Shown here: piece after piece, positions 11,528 through 22,646 of the stretch
How positions within the stretch are numbered: the first letter of the stretch is position 1
Layout of the letters: each line of letters opens with the position of its first letter
Assembly (NCBI GenBank): GCA_039815185.1
Contig: JBCBZT010000031.1
Span: 1-64,000, forward strand
Reading direction: 5' to 3'
Length of the DNA stretch: 64,000 nucleotides
Origin: Cyanobacteria bacterium P01_A01_bin.123
GTDB taxonomy: Bacteria > Cyanobacteriota > Cyanobacteriia > Phormidesmidales > Phormidesmidaceae
Made by a program: the position numbers and the translations under genes
The notes under the pieces: generated by a model
Told to the model about the DNA's origin: nothing
Databases searched by the model: none
The model's input: only the letters and a program-made list of their open reading frames with translations

Positions 11528-12190
11528 CTACTCTGATTGAGTAGCATACATGGCTTTAAGCACCAGCGCCGGATCAATCCAACTGCCTTGATATTTCATG
11601 CCCCAGTGTAGGTGGGGGCCAGTAGTCCGCCCGGTAACCCCGACCCGGCCGATCCGCGTACCCGCTTTGACCGTCTGCCCCTGAACAATTTCAAGCCCAC
11701 CAGCCCGATCAACCATGACGCGATCGCCGTCTTGCTCCCACACAACATGGCCTTGCATATGGCAGTAAATATGTGTCCAGTCTCCTGATTCCACAATCAC
11801 AGAGGTGCCACAGCTGGTGTTGTCACTGACTCGCACAACCGTTCCATCCCACCAGTTGCGGATATAGCTGCCCATGGGCGCAGCCACATCCAGGCCATAA
11901 TGAAATCTGCGCGTTCCCAAAGTGGGGTGTTGACGATAGCCAAAGGGGGATGTGTATGCCTGAAACCCCTCCACCGGGAAAGACGCCCCCGCCCAGGGAC
12001 TCGCCAATGGCGTAGCCGGTTGAGGAGCTTGAGTCTCTTCGGCCTCAACGCTAATGGGACGATGGACGAGCTCAGCTGTAGCCCAAACCAACATCACGGC
12101 AATGCCCATGAGCAAGGGATAGCGAAACTGCTTCAAATGCGATCGCGTCAGGGCTAAATTACGGACTGCAACGCTGGAGAGACGAGACAT
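11528..12190 (-). CDS. M23 family metallopeptidase
   Basis: TSPFGYR, HYGLD, YCH, GRTTGPHLHW. Start probably ATG 12190, not 12310. Confidence 0.9.
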   Translation of the reverse strand: MSRLSSVAVRNLALTRSHLKQFRYPLLMGIAVMLVWATAELVHRPISVEAEETQAPQPATPLASPWAGASFPVEGFQAYTSPFGYRQHPTLGTRRFHYGLDVAAPMGSYIRNWWDGTVVRVSDNTSCGTSVIVESGDWTHIYCHMQGHVVWEQDGDRVMVDRAGGLEIVQGQTVKAGTRIGRVGVTGRTTGPHLHWGMKYQGSWIDPALVLKAMYATQSE

Positions 12191-12306
12191 CGGGGGGCAA
12201 CTCAAAAAGAAACGGGATATGGAACATTTGTACCATAAAATGTCGTCTGATTCATCGGTGAGGTTTGGATGTTGGATGCTGGATTGACCAACCCCATCCG
12301 CTCGCC

Positions 12307-13764
12307 TCATCCCCCCATCTCAACCGCCGCTTTCTGAGCCTTATATTTATCTTTGAATAACGTCTGCTGACACTTGTGATCGACAATCGGCGAGGGATAG
12401 TCGCAGCTATTGAGATCTTCCAGCGCAATTTTGCCGCTGACTAATGCCGCCGTCTCCAGCGATCGCAGTTCGGGTAACCACTGCCGAATGTATTCCGCTT
12501 CCGGGTCATACTTTTGGGCCTGACTGGCGGGGTTGAAAATTCGGAGTGGCTTAGGATCCATGCCGCTAGACGCGCTCCACTGCCATCCCCCATTGTTGGC
12601 CGATAAATCACCATCCACCAGGGTTTGCATAAAATACTTCTCACCCCAGCGCCAGTCAATGATCAAATCTTTGGTCAAAAAGCTAGCCACAATCATGCGA
12701 CACCGATTGTGCATCCAGCCCGTTTGGTTAAGCTGACGCATAGCCGCATCCACAATCGGATAACCCGTGCGGCCTTCACGCCATGCGGCAAACTGGGCTT
12801 GATCATTTACCCAGGGAAAATCTTGCCAGGCGGCTCGATAAGGGCCGTTAGCGAGTTGAGGAAAGAAATACATGACGTGCTGGTAGAATTCCCGCCAGGC
12901 GATTTCTTGTTGCCAGGTTTTTACATTCTGGTGGGTTTCATCACTGCGACAGCGATTGTAGGCTGCATCGGCAGCGGCCCACACTGTGCGAATGCCCACC
13001 GCACCAAACTTGAGTGCCGCGCTTAACATTGAGGTGCCTGGTTTAAAAGGAAAGTTACGCTGTTCGTCGTATCCCGCAATCAACCGATCGTCGTCGCAAA
13101 ACGTCACAAGCTGCTCTTGAGCCGCGGCTTCACCAGGGGCTAACAATAGCGGGTTTGACCACGCAAACCCCAAATCTTTGGCCGAGGGTAGCGGAATTGC
13201 CCCTATGTCTTCGGCCCGATCTCGCTCTAAGTCTGTCAAACCCACGCCGTCTTTGAGTTCAGAAACGGGAGCCGTTTTGGGTTGCTGCCGCCAGTTGCGC
13301 CAAAACGGCGTGTAAACGGTGTAAGGGGTATCGTCACTCTTGGTCAGAATTTCTCCTGGGGCATGCAGCAGCTGATCCCAAAATGTGGTGCGAAATTCGA
13401 TACTTTTTGCTTTTAGCCCCTCAGCAACTGCCTTGTCGCGCTGACGCGAGTAGGGTTCGACATCTCGATTCCAATAGACCGCTTTTGCCTCTAATGTTCC
13501 TGCCAACGTGGGCAAAATCTTGACGGGGTCACCCCGAACAATCAGCAGTTGGCTACCTGCCGTCTGGTAACGGTCGTAGAGTGACTCCAAACAACCAATC
13601 ATATAGGTGACACGGGCTGGGGCCATATCATTTCGCCCCAGGATAGCCGGGTCAAGACAAAAAACGCCGATGACTTTGGGGCTGCGATCGCGGGCTGCCG
13701 CCAATCCCAAATTGTCAGAGAGTCGCAAATCTCGACGATGCCAAAACAAAATTAAGTCAGCCAT
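12307..13764 (-). CDS. phrA: Class I CPD DNA photolyase
   Basis: WHRRDLRLSDN, GRTGYPIVDAAMRQL, WMHNRCRMIVASFL, NNGGWQW. Confidence 0.93.
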   Translation of the reverse strand: MADLILFWHRRDLRLSDNLGLAAARDRSPKVIGVFCLDPAILGRNDMAPARVTYMIGCLESLYDRYQTAGSQLLIVRGDPVKILPTLAGTLEAKAVYWNRDVEPYSRQRDKAVAEGLKAKSIEFRTTFWDQLLHAPGEILTKSDDTPYTVYTPFWRNWRQQPKTAPVSELKDGVGLTDLERDRAEDIGAIPLPSAKDLGFAWSNPLLLAPGEAAAQEQLVTFCDDDRLIAGYDEQRNFPFKPGTSMLSAALKFGAVGIRTVWAAADAAYNRCRSDETHQNVKTWQQEIAWREFYQHVMYFFPQLANGPYRAAWQDFPWVNDQAQFAAWREGRTGYPIVDAAMRQLNQTGWMHNRCRMIVASFLTKDLIIDWRWGEKYFMQTLVDGDLSANNGGWQWSASSGMDPKPLRIFNPASQAQKYDPEAEYIRQWLPELRSLETAALVSGKIALEDLNSCDYPSPIVDHKCQQTLFKDKYKAQKAAVEMGG

Positions 13765-13826
13765 GGAATCTAAAAAAAGTATTAACTCAGCATCGTCAAA
13801 GTGGTAATGCAGATTTATTCAGGGTA

Positions 13827-13848
13827 AACTGTGTACATAGATACAGTT
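13827..13848. promoter_or_regulatory. NtcA/CRP-type palindrome in the divergent phrA / DUF4278 spacer
   Basis: AACTGTG-TACATAGA-TACAGTT, i.e. GTG-N8-TAC with palindromic flanks. Confidence 0.45.
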
Positions 13849-13997
13849 TTTGATCTTGTTGTCATGCATTCCTAACTCAGCTCATCCTCGTTTCCCGGTT
13901 GATCTAGTTCAGATCAGTGACTGCAAAATCATTAACCAGTCTTCTTTGCATCCAATGGCCTTTACCAAAACCCACTACCAAGTCACGGAGAATAGCT

Positions 13998-14183
13998 ATG
14001 GAATTGTCTTATCGCGGTGCCCATTACCAAAAGCAAATGCCCACTTTGGAAACGACCAGTGAAGCTCGGATTGGTACCTATCGCGGTGCACCCCTGACCG
14101 CACGGTATTTCAAGTCTGCGCCCCATAACCATGGTCAAGTCCAGCTTACCTATCGTGGGGTCAAATATAACCAGGAAATGTAG
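13998..14183 (+). CDS. DUF4278-type small protein (61 aa)
   Basis: GGAG RBS then MELSYRGAHY...GTYRGA...LTYRGVKY (three YRG motifs). Confidence 0.85.
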   Translation: MELSYRGAHYQKQMPTLETTSEARIGTYRGAPLTARYFKSAPHNHGQVQLTYRGVKYNQEM

Positions 14184-14214
14184 ACCTTAACTTGCATTCA
14201 ACCCTCAAACTGAG

Positions 14215-14240
14215 AAGCCGACTCTAAGTCGGCTTTTTTC
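14215..14240 (+). terminator. Intrinsic terminator
   Basis: AAGCCGACT-cta-AGTCGGCTT-TTTT. Confidence 0.85.
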
Positions 14241-14269
14241 TTTGATGTCATGACATCTGCGTTCATGGC

Positions 14270-14518
14270 TCATGCTGACATAGGGGCCGCAGATGATGAC
14301 TCAGGTTCCATAGGCGATCGCTGAATGGGTTCCAAGCGGTAACCAATGACTGAAATCCCTTGACAGTAGATTCCAAGCTTGGGATGGACATTAAAGGCAG
14401 GGGTGCGTTGTTGCTCCCATTCTTGCTGAGTAAAAATAAGCAGGCACTCTCGGCCAGACTTTAACATCACAGGCACTTTGCGGGAACGGGAAATGAGGAT
14501 ATGCGTCGGATTAAACAT
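14270..14518 (-). CDS. Small hypothetical protein
   Basis: 82-aa ORF MFNPTHILISRSRKVPV...; converges on the terminator. Confidence 0.65.
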   Translation of the reverse strand: MFNPTHILISRSRKVPVMLKSGRECLLIFTQQEWEQQRTPAFNVHPKLGIYCQGISVIGYRLEPIQRSPMEPESSSAAPMSA

Positions 14519-15010
14519 TGGAATAACACTGCGTTAGTTTCTAAACCACATCCGATTTGGCAACCTGAGTCTTAGCTAGGCAAAGCTACAGAGCTGGGTT
14601 TGGCTAAGGTTTGGGATTTGACCCAAACCACTAAACTCCAGAGCTAATCCTCAGCGTTATCCAATTGGGAGTCAGTCATTTTTGCTTTAGATGCTAAAGT
14701 TAACAGAGATAGTTAATTTTTGTAAATCATTCTCAGGATAGTGTTATCCGTAATTGGTCAACTTGGGTGAGTAGATTGATACATGTTAGTCGTGATCCCT
14801 AACCCTACCTGCTTGACTTCGGCTCTCCTCACTGTAGGGAGCAGTCTTTTATGGGTACATTGAACTCATAAGTGTCAAAGAAGTTTACAACTTGAGTTAG
14901 TGTGAAGTTAACCTAAGTTTCATCGTTGACTTAAGACCAGCGCTTTGCACAGCCTCTGAGACGGTCAACAGGGGCTGATAAACAGTCACCTTGGTATAGA
15001 GCGAGCGGTT

Positions 15011-17476
15011 ATGTTTGAACATTTCACCAATGCAGCTATTGCTGTGATTATGAAAGCTCAGGAAGAGGCACGTAGTCTCGGCCATAACTTTGTGGGGACT
15101 GAGCAACTCCTGCTAGGGATCCTTAAAGCTGGATCTGGGCTAGCAGCTAAAATCTTGGGTGAATCTGATATCACCTTGGAAGCGGCCCGAGCTGAAATTG
15201 AGGCCATTATTGGCCGGGGCAGCGGTGCCGTACCTCCAGAAATTCCGTTCACACCCAAGGTCAAGCAGGTTTTTGAGCAGTCCTTCATGGAAGCTCGCAA
15301 GCTGGATAGCCCATACATTGAACCAGAGCACCTGTTATTGAGTTTGACTCAAAGTCCTGAAAGCGTTGCCTATCGAGTACTTGAGAACCTGGGTGTAGAC
15401 CCAGCAGAGGTAAGAACACAGATTATTCGTAATCTTGGAGAGATGTCTTCTGTGGCGGCTGGGGGCTCCATGGGCAATCGCCCTGGGCCATCTCGCAAAA
15501 CGAAGGGTAAGGTGCTTGCAGAGTTTGGCGTCAACCTGACCGAGAAAGCCCAGCTGGGGCAAATCGATCCCGTTGTGGGTCGTCACAAAGAGGTGGAGCG
15601 CGTTATCCAAATTTTGGGTCGTCGCACCAAGAACAATCCAGTTCTAATTGGTGAGCCTGGGGTGGGCAAAACCGCGATCGCAGAAGGGCTAGCCCAACGC
15701 ATTGTTAATCAAGCCGTGCCCGAAGCGCTGATGGAGAAACAGGTATTCAGCCTAGATATGGGGCTGTTGGTTTCTGGAACTCGTTTTCGGGGCGATTTTG
15801 AAGAGCGGTTGACCCAACTTCTGGCAGAAGTCCGAGATAACCCCAACATCGTTTTAGTGATAGATGAAATTCATACCCTGGTGGGGGCTGGTTCGTTAGA
15901 AGGGGGCATGGATGCCGCCAATATGCTCAAGCCTGCCCTGGCGCGGGGCGAACTCCAGTGCATTGGGGCTACCACCTTAGACGAGTATCGTAAGCACATC
16001 GAGCGGGATGCGGCTTTAGAGCGACGGTTCCAACCTGTAATGGTAGAACCGCCTTCTGTGGAAGAAACCATCGAAATCCTCCACGGTCTGCGGGGACGCT
16101 ACGAACAGTTTCACCGCTTAAGCATTACCGATGCGGCCTTAGAGGCCGCGGCTAAATTGTCGGATCGCTACATCAGCGATCGCCACCTGCCGGATAAGGC
16201 CATCGATTTAATTGATGAAGCTGGGTCACGGGTGAAATTGCGTAATGCTCGTCCTATTCTTTCTCAAGACCTTAAGCAAAGTCTGCGAGAAGCTCAGAAA
16301 GCCGTAGATGAAGCCGTTCAGAAGCAGGATTTTCCAACCGCAGTCAAACAGCGCGATCGCGTGTTGGCGCTGGAAGCCGAAATTCAGTCAGCAGATGGGT
16401 TTGACGCGACTACTGCGGCCAAAGTAGATGTGAATGACATCGCTGATATTGTGTCTGCCTGGACCGGGGTGCCTGTCAGCACGATGACCGAATCTGAATC
16501 GGCTATGCTGCTGCACCTTGAGGACGTACTGCATGAGCGCCTGATTGGCCAGCAGGAGGCAGTTGTCGCCGTATCCCGCGCCATTCGTCGGGCTCGGGTC
16601 GGCCTGGCTAGTCCAGATCGCCCCATTGCCGCGCTGTTCTTCTCTGGCCCCACAGGGGTGGGTAAGACAGAGCTAGCCAAAGCTTTGGCCGCATCTATGT
16701 TTGGGGCGGAAGAGGCGATGATTCGGCTGGATATGTCTGAGTTTATGGAAGGCCACACCGTTTCTAAGTTGATCGGGTCGCCGCCAGGCTATGTCGGCTT
16801 TGATGAAGGCGGGCAGTTGACCGAGGCTGTGCGGCGGCGTCCCTACTCTGTGATCTTGATGGATGAGGTCGAAAAGGCCCACCCTGATGTCTTCAACCTG
16901 ATGCTGCAAATCTTTGAAGATGGCCGCCTGACCGATTCTAAGGGGCGCGTGGTTAGCTTCAAGAATACGCTGGTGATCATGACCTCTAACATCGGTTCTA
17001 AGGTGATTGAGAAGGGTGGCGGTGGCCTGGGCTTTGAACTGGGTCTAGAAGACTCGGCAACGGCTCAGTACAACCGCATTCGTAATTTGGTCAACGAAGA
17101 ACTGAAGCAGTTCTTCCGGCCTGAATTGCTCAATCGCCTGGATGAGATCATCGTCTTCCGTCAGCTTACCCGTGATGAAGTGATGCAGGTGGCTGAGCTG
17201 ATGTTGAAGCAGGTGAATGCGCGTCTCAGCGATCGCGCTCTGACCATCCAGCTGACTGAAGCATTCAAGGATCGGCTAATTGCTGAAGGCTACGACCCCA
17301 GTTATGGGGCACGGCCCATGCGTCGCGCGATCGCCCGCTTAGTAGAAGACAACCTAGCCGAAGCGATTTTGGCGGGTAAGGTTCAAGATGGTCAATCGGT
17401 AGTGCTCGACATCGATGATGACGGTGCGGTGCAGGTTTACCCTGAACGTCAACCTGCTTTGGTCGGCGCCAACTAG
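15011..17476 (+). CDS. clpC: ATP-dependent Clp protease ATP-binding subunit, ClpC family
   Basis: MFEHFT Clp-N domains; two Walker A motifs GEPGVGKT and GPTGVGKT; short UVR-like middle domain. Confidence 0.95.
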   Translation: MFEHFTNAAIAVIMKAQEEARSLGHNFVGTEQLLLGILKAGSGLAAKILGESDITLEAARAEIEAIIGRGSGAVPPEIPFTPKVKQVFEQSFMEARKLDSPYIEPEHLLLSLTQSPESVAYRVLENLGVDPAEVRTQIIRNLGEMSSVAAGGSMGNRPGPSRKTKGKVLAEFGVNLTEKAQLGQIDPVVGRHKEVERVIQILGRRTKNNPVLIGEPGVGKTAIAEGLAQRIVNQAVPEALMEKQVFSLDMGLLVSGTRFRGDFEERLTQLLAEVRDNPNIVLVIDEIHTLVGAGSLEGGMDAANMLKPALARGELQCIGATTLDEYRKHIERDAALERRFQPVMVEPPSVEETIEILHGLRGRYEQFHRLSITDAALEAAAKLSDRYISDRHLPDKAIDLIDEAGSRVKLRNARPILSQDLKQSLREAQKAVDEAVQKQDFPTAVKQRDRVLALEAEIQSADGFDATTAAKVDVNDIADIVSAWTGVPVSTMTESESAMLLHLEDVLHERLIGQQEAVVAVSRAIRRARVGLASPDRPIAALFFSGPTGVGKTELAKALAASMFGAEEAMIRLDMSEFMEGHTVSKLIGSPPGYVGFDEGGQLTEAVRRRPYSVILMDEVEKAHPDVFNLMLQIFEDGRLTDSKGRVVSFKNTLVIMTSNIGSKVIEKGGGGLGFELGLEDSATAQYNRIRNLVNEELKQFFRPELLNRLDEIIVFRQLTRDEVMQVAELMLKQVNARLSDRALTIQLTEAFKDRLIAEGYDPSYGARPMRRAIARLVEDNLAEAILAGKVQDGQSVVLDIDDDGAVQVYPERQPALVGAN

Positions 17477-17511
17477 ACCACTGGGATAAATCCTAAAGCC
17501 TAGATTTTGAG

Positions 17512-17544
17512 AAGGGGAGCGATATATCGCTCCCCTTTTTGTTT
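17512..17544 (+). terminator. Intrinsic terminator of clpC
   Basis: AAGGGGAGCGAT-at-ATCGCTCCCCTT-TTTGTTT. Confidence 0.85.
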
Positions 17545-17598
17545 GCATTGTCCACACTGCCCTGTCACTATGGGGCTTGTTTTCTGGTTGCCCTGCCT

Positions 17599-18384
17599 AT
17601 GTTTACCCCGCCCACCGTGCTAGCCTTTGACTTCGACGGCGTCATTTGTGATGGTCTAATCGAATATTTCCAAACGGCCTGGCGTGCCTACAGCCAACTC
17701 TTCCCCGACCCGCCATCAGCCCCGCCCCCTGGCTTAGCCGAACAGTTTTATCCTCTGCGTCCCGTGGTAGAAACCGGTTGGGAAATGCCGATTTTGCTGC
17801 GGGCGCTGCTGCATGGGGTCGATAAGAGCGATATTCTGGTAGATTGGCCGGCGATCGCACCTCAAATCCTTACCCAAACAAACCTCACGTCAGCTCAAGC
17901 TGCCGCGGCGGTAGACAGCGTCCGCGACACCTGGATCAAAACCGATTTAGACAACTGGCTAGCCCAGCATCGATTTTATCCCGGCGTACTAGAGCGCCTA
18001 CAGGCTATTCAGTCAAGCGACTGCTATCTCGTGATCATCAGCACCAAGGAGGGGCGGTTCATTCGCCAGCTTTTGGCTCAGCAAGGGCTAGATTTGGCGC
18101 CAGAGCAAATCATTGGTAAAGAAATTAAACAACCCAAATACCAGACCCTACGCCAGATGCGTCAAGCCAAAGGGGGGGATGTCGCGGTCGTGTGGTTTGT
18201 CGAAGATCGGCTCAAAGCCCTGCAAGCCGTTACCGAACAAGCTGACCTAGCCGATATTCAGCTCTTCTTAGCTGATTGGGGCTACAACTTAGAGCGCGAT
18301 CGCGGCCTAGCCCAGGACGATTCCCGCCTGCATCTCTTATCTTTGGCTCAATTAATACAAGACTTCTCAGCTTGGGTAGGCTAG
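17599..18384 (+). CDS. HAD-family hydrolase
   Basis: LAFDFDGVICD, ISTK, FVEDR, LADWGYN. Start probably ATG 17599. Confidence 0.88.
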   Translation: MFTPPTVLAFDFDGVICDGLIEYFQTAWRAYSQLFPDPPSAPPPGLAEQFYPLRPVVETGWEMPILLRALLHGVDKSDILVDWPAIAPQILTQTNLTSAQAAAAVDSVRDTWIKTDLDNWLAQHRFYPGVLERLQAIQSSDCYLVIISTKEGRFIRQLLAQQGLDLAPEQIIGKEIKQPKYQTLRQMRQAKGGDVAVVWFVEDRLKALQAVTEQADLADIQLFLADWGYNLERDRGLAQDDSRLHLLSLAQLIQDFSAWVG

Positions 18385-18481
18385 CTGGCTGCTTTGGGCT
18401 GCGAAGCGCGATCGCAAGGTTTGAGCCTGCTGCGATCGCGGATTTGATGCAACCCCCTGTAGATACAGGTAGACTGTACCG

Positions 18482-20527
18482 CTAGGCCCCACGAGATAGG
18501 CTCCCAGCTCCGGCTAGCATCGCCTTAGACTCAGACGCACCAATCTGCTTAAGACGTCGGTTTGTCATTCCCATGCAAACCACAACTGCACTCCACTGAC
18601 CCAATAAGGCAAACAGATGCAGCCCCAGAGAGGGCGCCCCCCGGTCTACCAAAACCAACCAGGGCGCAGCCAAGAGTTGTAGTCGTGCAGCTGCGACGAT
18701 ATTACCCGTTGCGTGAAACACCCCCAGCATAAACAAGGGCACCACCACCAACAGCACTACGGTCACTACCGACCACAGGCTCGGTCGGCGGATCCGGGCC
18801 ACAAATATGAACTGATTGATCGCCCCATAGACCAAAATTAAGCTCATGCAGGCGGCTAACCCTAAGAGCATCTCGAAGATACTGCCCTCATCGGATAGGA
18901 TTACCCAGGCTGCAATCAGGGCATAGGCAATCCCCAAATTAACCGCTAGGGCCACCAGCGGTGGGCTTTGATCGCTCAGGAGTCCATCTAGTAGCCCATT
19001 GGACCGTTGGCGTTTGGGTTTGACATGGCGGAACCTAGCCCAATCTGCCATCGATTGGTGGGTGGGTTGGATCACGGCCATCAACACCCCAAAATACAGC
19101 AGGTTCAAAAAGGCCACAGCAATCGAGATGATCTCAACGTCAAAACTGTTACTGGCAAACCCCAGCAAAAAGACCTCAAAACAAACCGTTAGCAGATAGC
19201 TCAACGGGCGATGGACAAGTGGTGTCGTGGGGTTGATAAATTTACGTCGTAACCCATGCCACGCCCAAAGGCTCCAAACCAGACCATTGACTGCAAACAA
19301 TAAGCTAAAGGTCACCAGCGACAATCCAACCCCGGCAAAGGCAAGGGCATAGTCAGCATCAACCCCCACATAGTTGCCAAAGATGTAGTGCAATCCCGCC
19401 ATCGGCGAAAACAAAGCTATCCAGTGATGAATCCCCCGGAGACCCAAACTAGCCATCGCCAAGGGAATGCCAAAGGCGAGTTGCCCCCCAAACATAGCGC
19501 CACTAAACAGCCATGCTTGGAAACCACCAAGCCCTTGGCTCAGCAAGCCATACAGCAGCGACAGACTAAAGAAGAAGCCACAGTTGATCAGCAGAAAACC
19601 ATAGAAGACCGCCAGGTTCAGGGGATGGAACCCTGCCAATAAGCCTAGGCCCAGATGCAGGGGCAAACTCAGGGCGATCGCCAGATACACCACAATCGGT
19701 GCCCCCAATATTTGCCCACCGAGTATGGTGAAGACTGACCGCGGGCTCAAGCGGACAAAGGTCAACGTGCCCCGTCGCTGCTCTCGATCGATATTTTGAA
19801 TGAGTAAAAAACTGCCCGCCGAGAGCAAAGCCACTGCCATCACGATGCTGACCACCCGGAAGAAATCGGCGTACCACCATTGCCAAGCCACTTGATAATG
19901 TCGACCATCAGACTCAAGCACACACCTATCCTGGTTATCTGGATATCCAGGTGTGCCTGGCTGGGGCACTTTACAATAATTGTTGTAATAGTCAGGGGTT
20001 ACGTCTCGCGGTAACTGGATCTTGAAGGTTTGCCCATTCCGCTCAATTTGCAGATCAACTTTCGTATCCTTAACTGCCTTAACTGCTTCAACGGAATTGA
20101 GGGAATTGAGACCAGGATCTATTCCCCTCAACGCATTCTCCGTTGCATGCCAGTCTTGCTGAAAGCTGGCCACTGGCTTACCATCAATCGCCGTAATATA
20201 GTCTCCAGTCTGGGGAAGTTGATCGGAACTTCTAGTGATCCCGCTCCAATAAACGACTTGCTCAATCAATAGGCGATCAGGCGTTTGAGTCGCCCCATTC
20301 GGGGGAGATTCAAATCGGTAATTCAGCTCTGGTATTGTTTCCACCGTTAGGTGATCGACATGGAAAGGCTCTGGCAACTGACTCATAAATGTCAGCAACA
20401 CCAGCAGTTGAGCCAGCAGTGACAGGCCAACCGTAATTAAGATGTTGCGCCAGTTGAGACGGCCTTTGAGTTCTCGAAGCAGTTGGGGGTTGCGATCGCC
20501 CAAACGATCTATCAGAGTGGCAAACAT
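18482..20527 (-). CDS. ABC-2-type permease-like membrane protein with PDZ-like extracytoplasmic insert, paralog 3
   Basis: NPQLLRELKGR, REQRRGTLTFVRLSP, many TM segments; GDYITAIDGKPV...VDLQIERNGQ. Start taken at MFATL. Confidence 0.8.
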   Translation of the reverse strand: MFATLIDRLGDRNPQLLRELKGRLNWRNILITVGLSLLAQLLVLLTFMSQLPEPFHVDHLTVETIPELNYRFESPPNGATQTPDRLLIEQVVYWSGITRSSDQLPQTGDYITAIDGKPVASFQQDWHATENALRGIDPGLNSLNSVEAVKAVKDTKVDLQIERNGQTFKIQLPRDVTPDYYNNYCKVPQPGTPGYPDNQDRCVLESDGRHYQVAWQWWYADFFRVVSIVMAVALLSAGSFLLIQNIDREQRRGTLTFVRLSPRSVFTILGGQILGAPIVVYLAIALSLPLHLGLGLLAGFHPLNLAVFYGFLLINCGFFFSLSLLYGLLSQGLGGFQAWLFSGAMFGGQLAFGIPLAMASLGLRGIHHWIALFSPMAGLHYIFGNYVGVDADYALAFAGVGLSLVTFSLLFAVNGLVWSLWAWHGLRRKFINPTTPLVHRPLSYLLTVCFEVFLLGFASNSFDVEIISIAVAFLNLLYFGVLMAVIQPTHQSMADWARFRHVKPKRQRSNGLLDGLLSDQSPPLVALAVNLGIAYALIAAWVILSDEGSIFEMLLGLAACMSLILVYGAINQFIFVARIRRPSLWSVVTVVLLVVVPLFMLGVFHATGNIVAAARLQLLAAPWLVLVDRGAPSLGLHLFALLGQWSAVVVCMGMTNRRLKQIGASESKAMLAGAGSLSRGA

Positions 20528-20574
20528 GGCATCAACAGAGAGAGAACACCGATCGCGAATCAATAACCGTATCC

Positions 20575-22599
20575 TTAGACCCCACGGGGTAACCTTCTTG
20601 ACCCCGTTAATACTGCTTTAGACTCAGACGCACCAATCTGCTTTAACCGTCGGCTAGTAATGCCCATGCAAACAACAATGGCTGTCCACTGCCCCAATAA
20701 GGCAAACAGATGCAGACCCAAAGAAGGCGTCCCCCCGTCTACCAAAACCAACCAAGGCGCAGCTAAGAGCTGTAGTCGTGTAGCTGCGACGATATTTCCC
20801 GTGCCATAAAACACCCCCAGCATAAACAAGGGCACCACCACCAACAGCACCACGGTGACTACCGACCACAGACTCGGTCGGCGAACCCGAGCCACAAATA
20901 TGATTTGGTTAATCGCCCCGTAAACCAAAATTAAGCTCATGCAGGCAGCCATCCCTAACAGCATCTCGAAGATCCTACCCTCATCGGATAGGGTCACCCA
21001 GGCTGAAATTAGGGCGTAGGCAATCCCCAGGTTAACCGCTAGGGCCACCAGCGACGGGCTTTGGTTGCTGAGGAGTCCGTCTAGCAGCCCATTAGACCGC
21101 TGGCGTTTGGGTTTGACATGGCGGAACCTGGCCCAGTCTGCCATCGCTTGATGGGTGGGTTGGATCACGGCCATCAACACCCCAAAATACAGCAGGTTCA
21201 AAGAGGCTACAGCAATCGAGATGAGCTCGAAGTCAGAACTGTTGCTGGCAAACCCCAGCAAAAAGACCTCAAAACAAACCGTCAGCAGATAGCTCAACGG
21301 GCGATGGATTAACGGCGTATTGGGGTTGATAAATTTACGGCGTAACCCATGCCACACCCAAAGGCTCCACACTAGACCATTCGCCATAAACAGCAAGCTA
21401 AAGGTGACCATCGACAATCCACGCCCGGCAAAAGCCAGGGCATAGTCAGTATCAACCCCCACATAGTTGCCAAAAATGTAGTGCAATCCTGCCATCGGCG
21501 AAAACAAAGCTATCCAGTGATGAATTCCGCCTCGACCCAAACTATCCATCGCCAATGGAATGCCAAAGGCGAGCTGCCCGCCGAACATAGCCCCCCCGAA
21601 CAACCATGCCTGGAACCCGCCCAGTCCCTGACTTAGCAACCCATACAGCAGCGACAGGCTAAAGAAGAAGCCACAGTTAATCAGCAGAAAACCATAGAAG
21701 ATCGCCAGATTCAGAGGATGGAATCCTGCCAGTAGGCCTAGGCCCAGATGCAGGGGCAAACTCAGGGCGATCGCCAGATACACCACAATCGGTGTCCCCA
21801 ATATTTGCCCACCGAGTACCGTAAAGACTGACCGCGGGCTCAAGCGGACAAAGGTCAACGTGCCCCGTCGCTGCTCTCGATCGATATTTTGAATGAGTAA
21901 AAAACTGCCCGCCGAGAGCAAAGCCACCGCCATCACAATGCTGACCACCCGGAAGAAATCGGCGTACCACCATTGCCAGGCCACTCGATAATGTTGACCA
22001 TCAGACTCAAGGACACACCTGCCCTGATTGCCTTGATAATCGGGTGTGCCTGGCTGGGGCACTTTGCAGTAATTGTTGTAATAGTTAAGGGTTACGTCTC
22101 GCGGTAACTGGACCTTGAAGGCTTGCCCATTACGTTCAATTTGCAGCTCAACCTTCTTATCCTTAACTGCTTCAGCGGACTTGAGACCAGGGTCTATTCC
22201 CCTCAGTGCATTTTCCGTTGCATGCCAATCTTGATCAAAGCTGGCGATTGGTTTGCCGTCAATGGCCGTAATATAGTCTCCAGATTTGGGAAGCTGATCG
22301 GAACTTCGACTCGTCCCTGGCCAAGAGACTTGTTCAATCAATAGGCGATCAGGCGTTTGAGCTGCACCATCTGGGGGATATTCAAATCGATAATTCAGCT
22401 CTGGTAGCGTTTTCACCGCTAGATGATTGACATGGAAAGGCTCTGGCAACTGACTCATAAACGTCAGCAACACCAGCAGTTGAGCCAGCAGTGACAGGCC
22501 AACCGCAATTAAGATGTTGCGCCAGTTGAGACGGCCTTTGAGTTCTCGAAGCAGTTGGGGGTTGCGATCGCCCAAACGATCTATCAGGGTGGCAAACAT
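20575..22599 (-). CDS. ABC-2-type permease-like membrane protein with PDZ-like insert, paralog 2
   Basis: Same motifs; long near-identical DNA stretches shared with paralog 3. Confidence 0.8.
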   Translation of the reverse strand: MFATLIDRLGDRNPQLLRELKGRLNWRNILIAVGLSLLAQLLVLLTFMSQLPEPFHVNHLAVKTLPELNYRFEYPPDGAAQTPDRLLIEQVSWPGTSRSSDQLPKSGDYITAIDGKPIASFDQDWHATENALRGIDPGLKSAEAVKDKKVELQIERNGQAFKVQLPRDVTLNYYNNYCKVPQPGTPDYQGNQGRCVLESDGQHYRVAWQWWYADFFRVVSIVMAVALLSAGSFLLIQNIDREQRRGTLTFVRLSPRSVFTVLGGQILGTPIVVYLAIALSLPLHLGLGLLAGFHPLNLAIFYGFLLINCGFFFSLSLLYGLLSQGLGGFQAWLFGGAMFGGQLAFGIPLAMDSLGRGGIHHWIALFSPMAGLHYIFGNYVGVDTDYALAFAGRGLSMVTFSLLFMANGLVWSLWVWHGLRRKFINPNTPLIHRPLSYLLTVCFEVFLLGFASNSSDFELISIAVASLNLLYFGVLMAVIQPTHQAMADWARFRHVKPKRQRSNGLLDGLLSNQSPSLVALAVNLGIAYALISAWVTLSDEGRIFEMLLGMAACMSLILVYGAINQIIFVARVRRPSLWSVVTVVLLVVVPLFMLGVFYGTGNIVAATRLQLLAAPWLVLVDGGTPSLGLHLFALLGQWTAIVVCMGITSRRLKQIGASESKAVLTGSRRLPRGV

Positions 22600-22646
22600 G
22601 GCATCAACAGAGAGAGAACAACGATCGTGAATCAATAACCGTATCC

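Noticed and set aside
14555..14650. c-di-GMP-I riboswitch (GGCAA...GCAAAGCTACAG)
   Set aside because: No GAAA tetraloop stem or 3' closing motif could be found.
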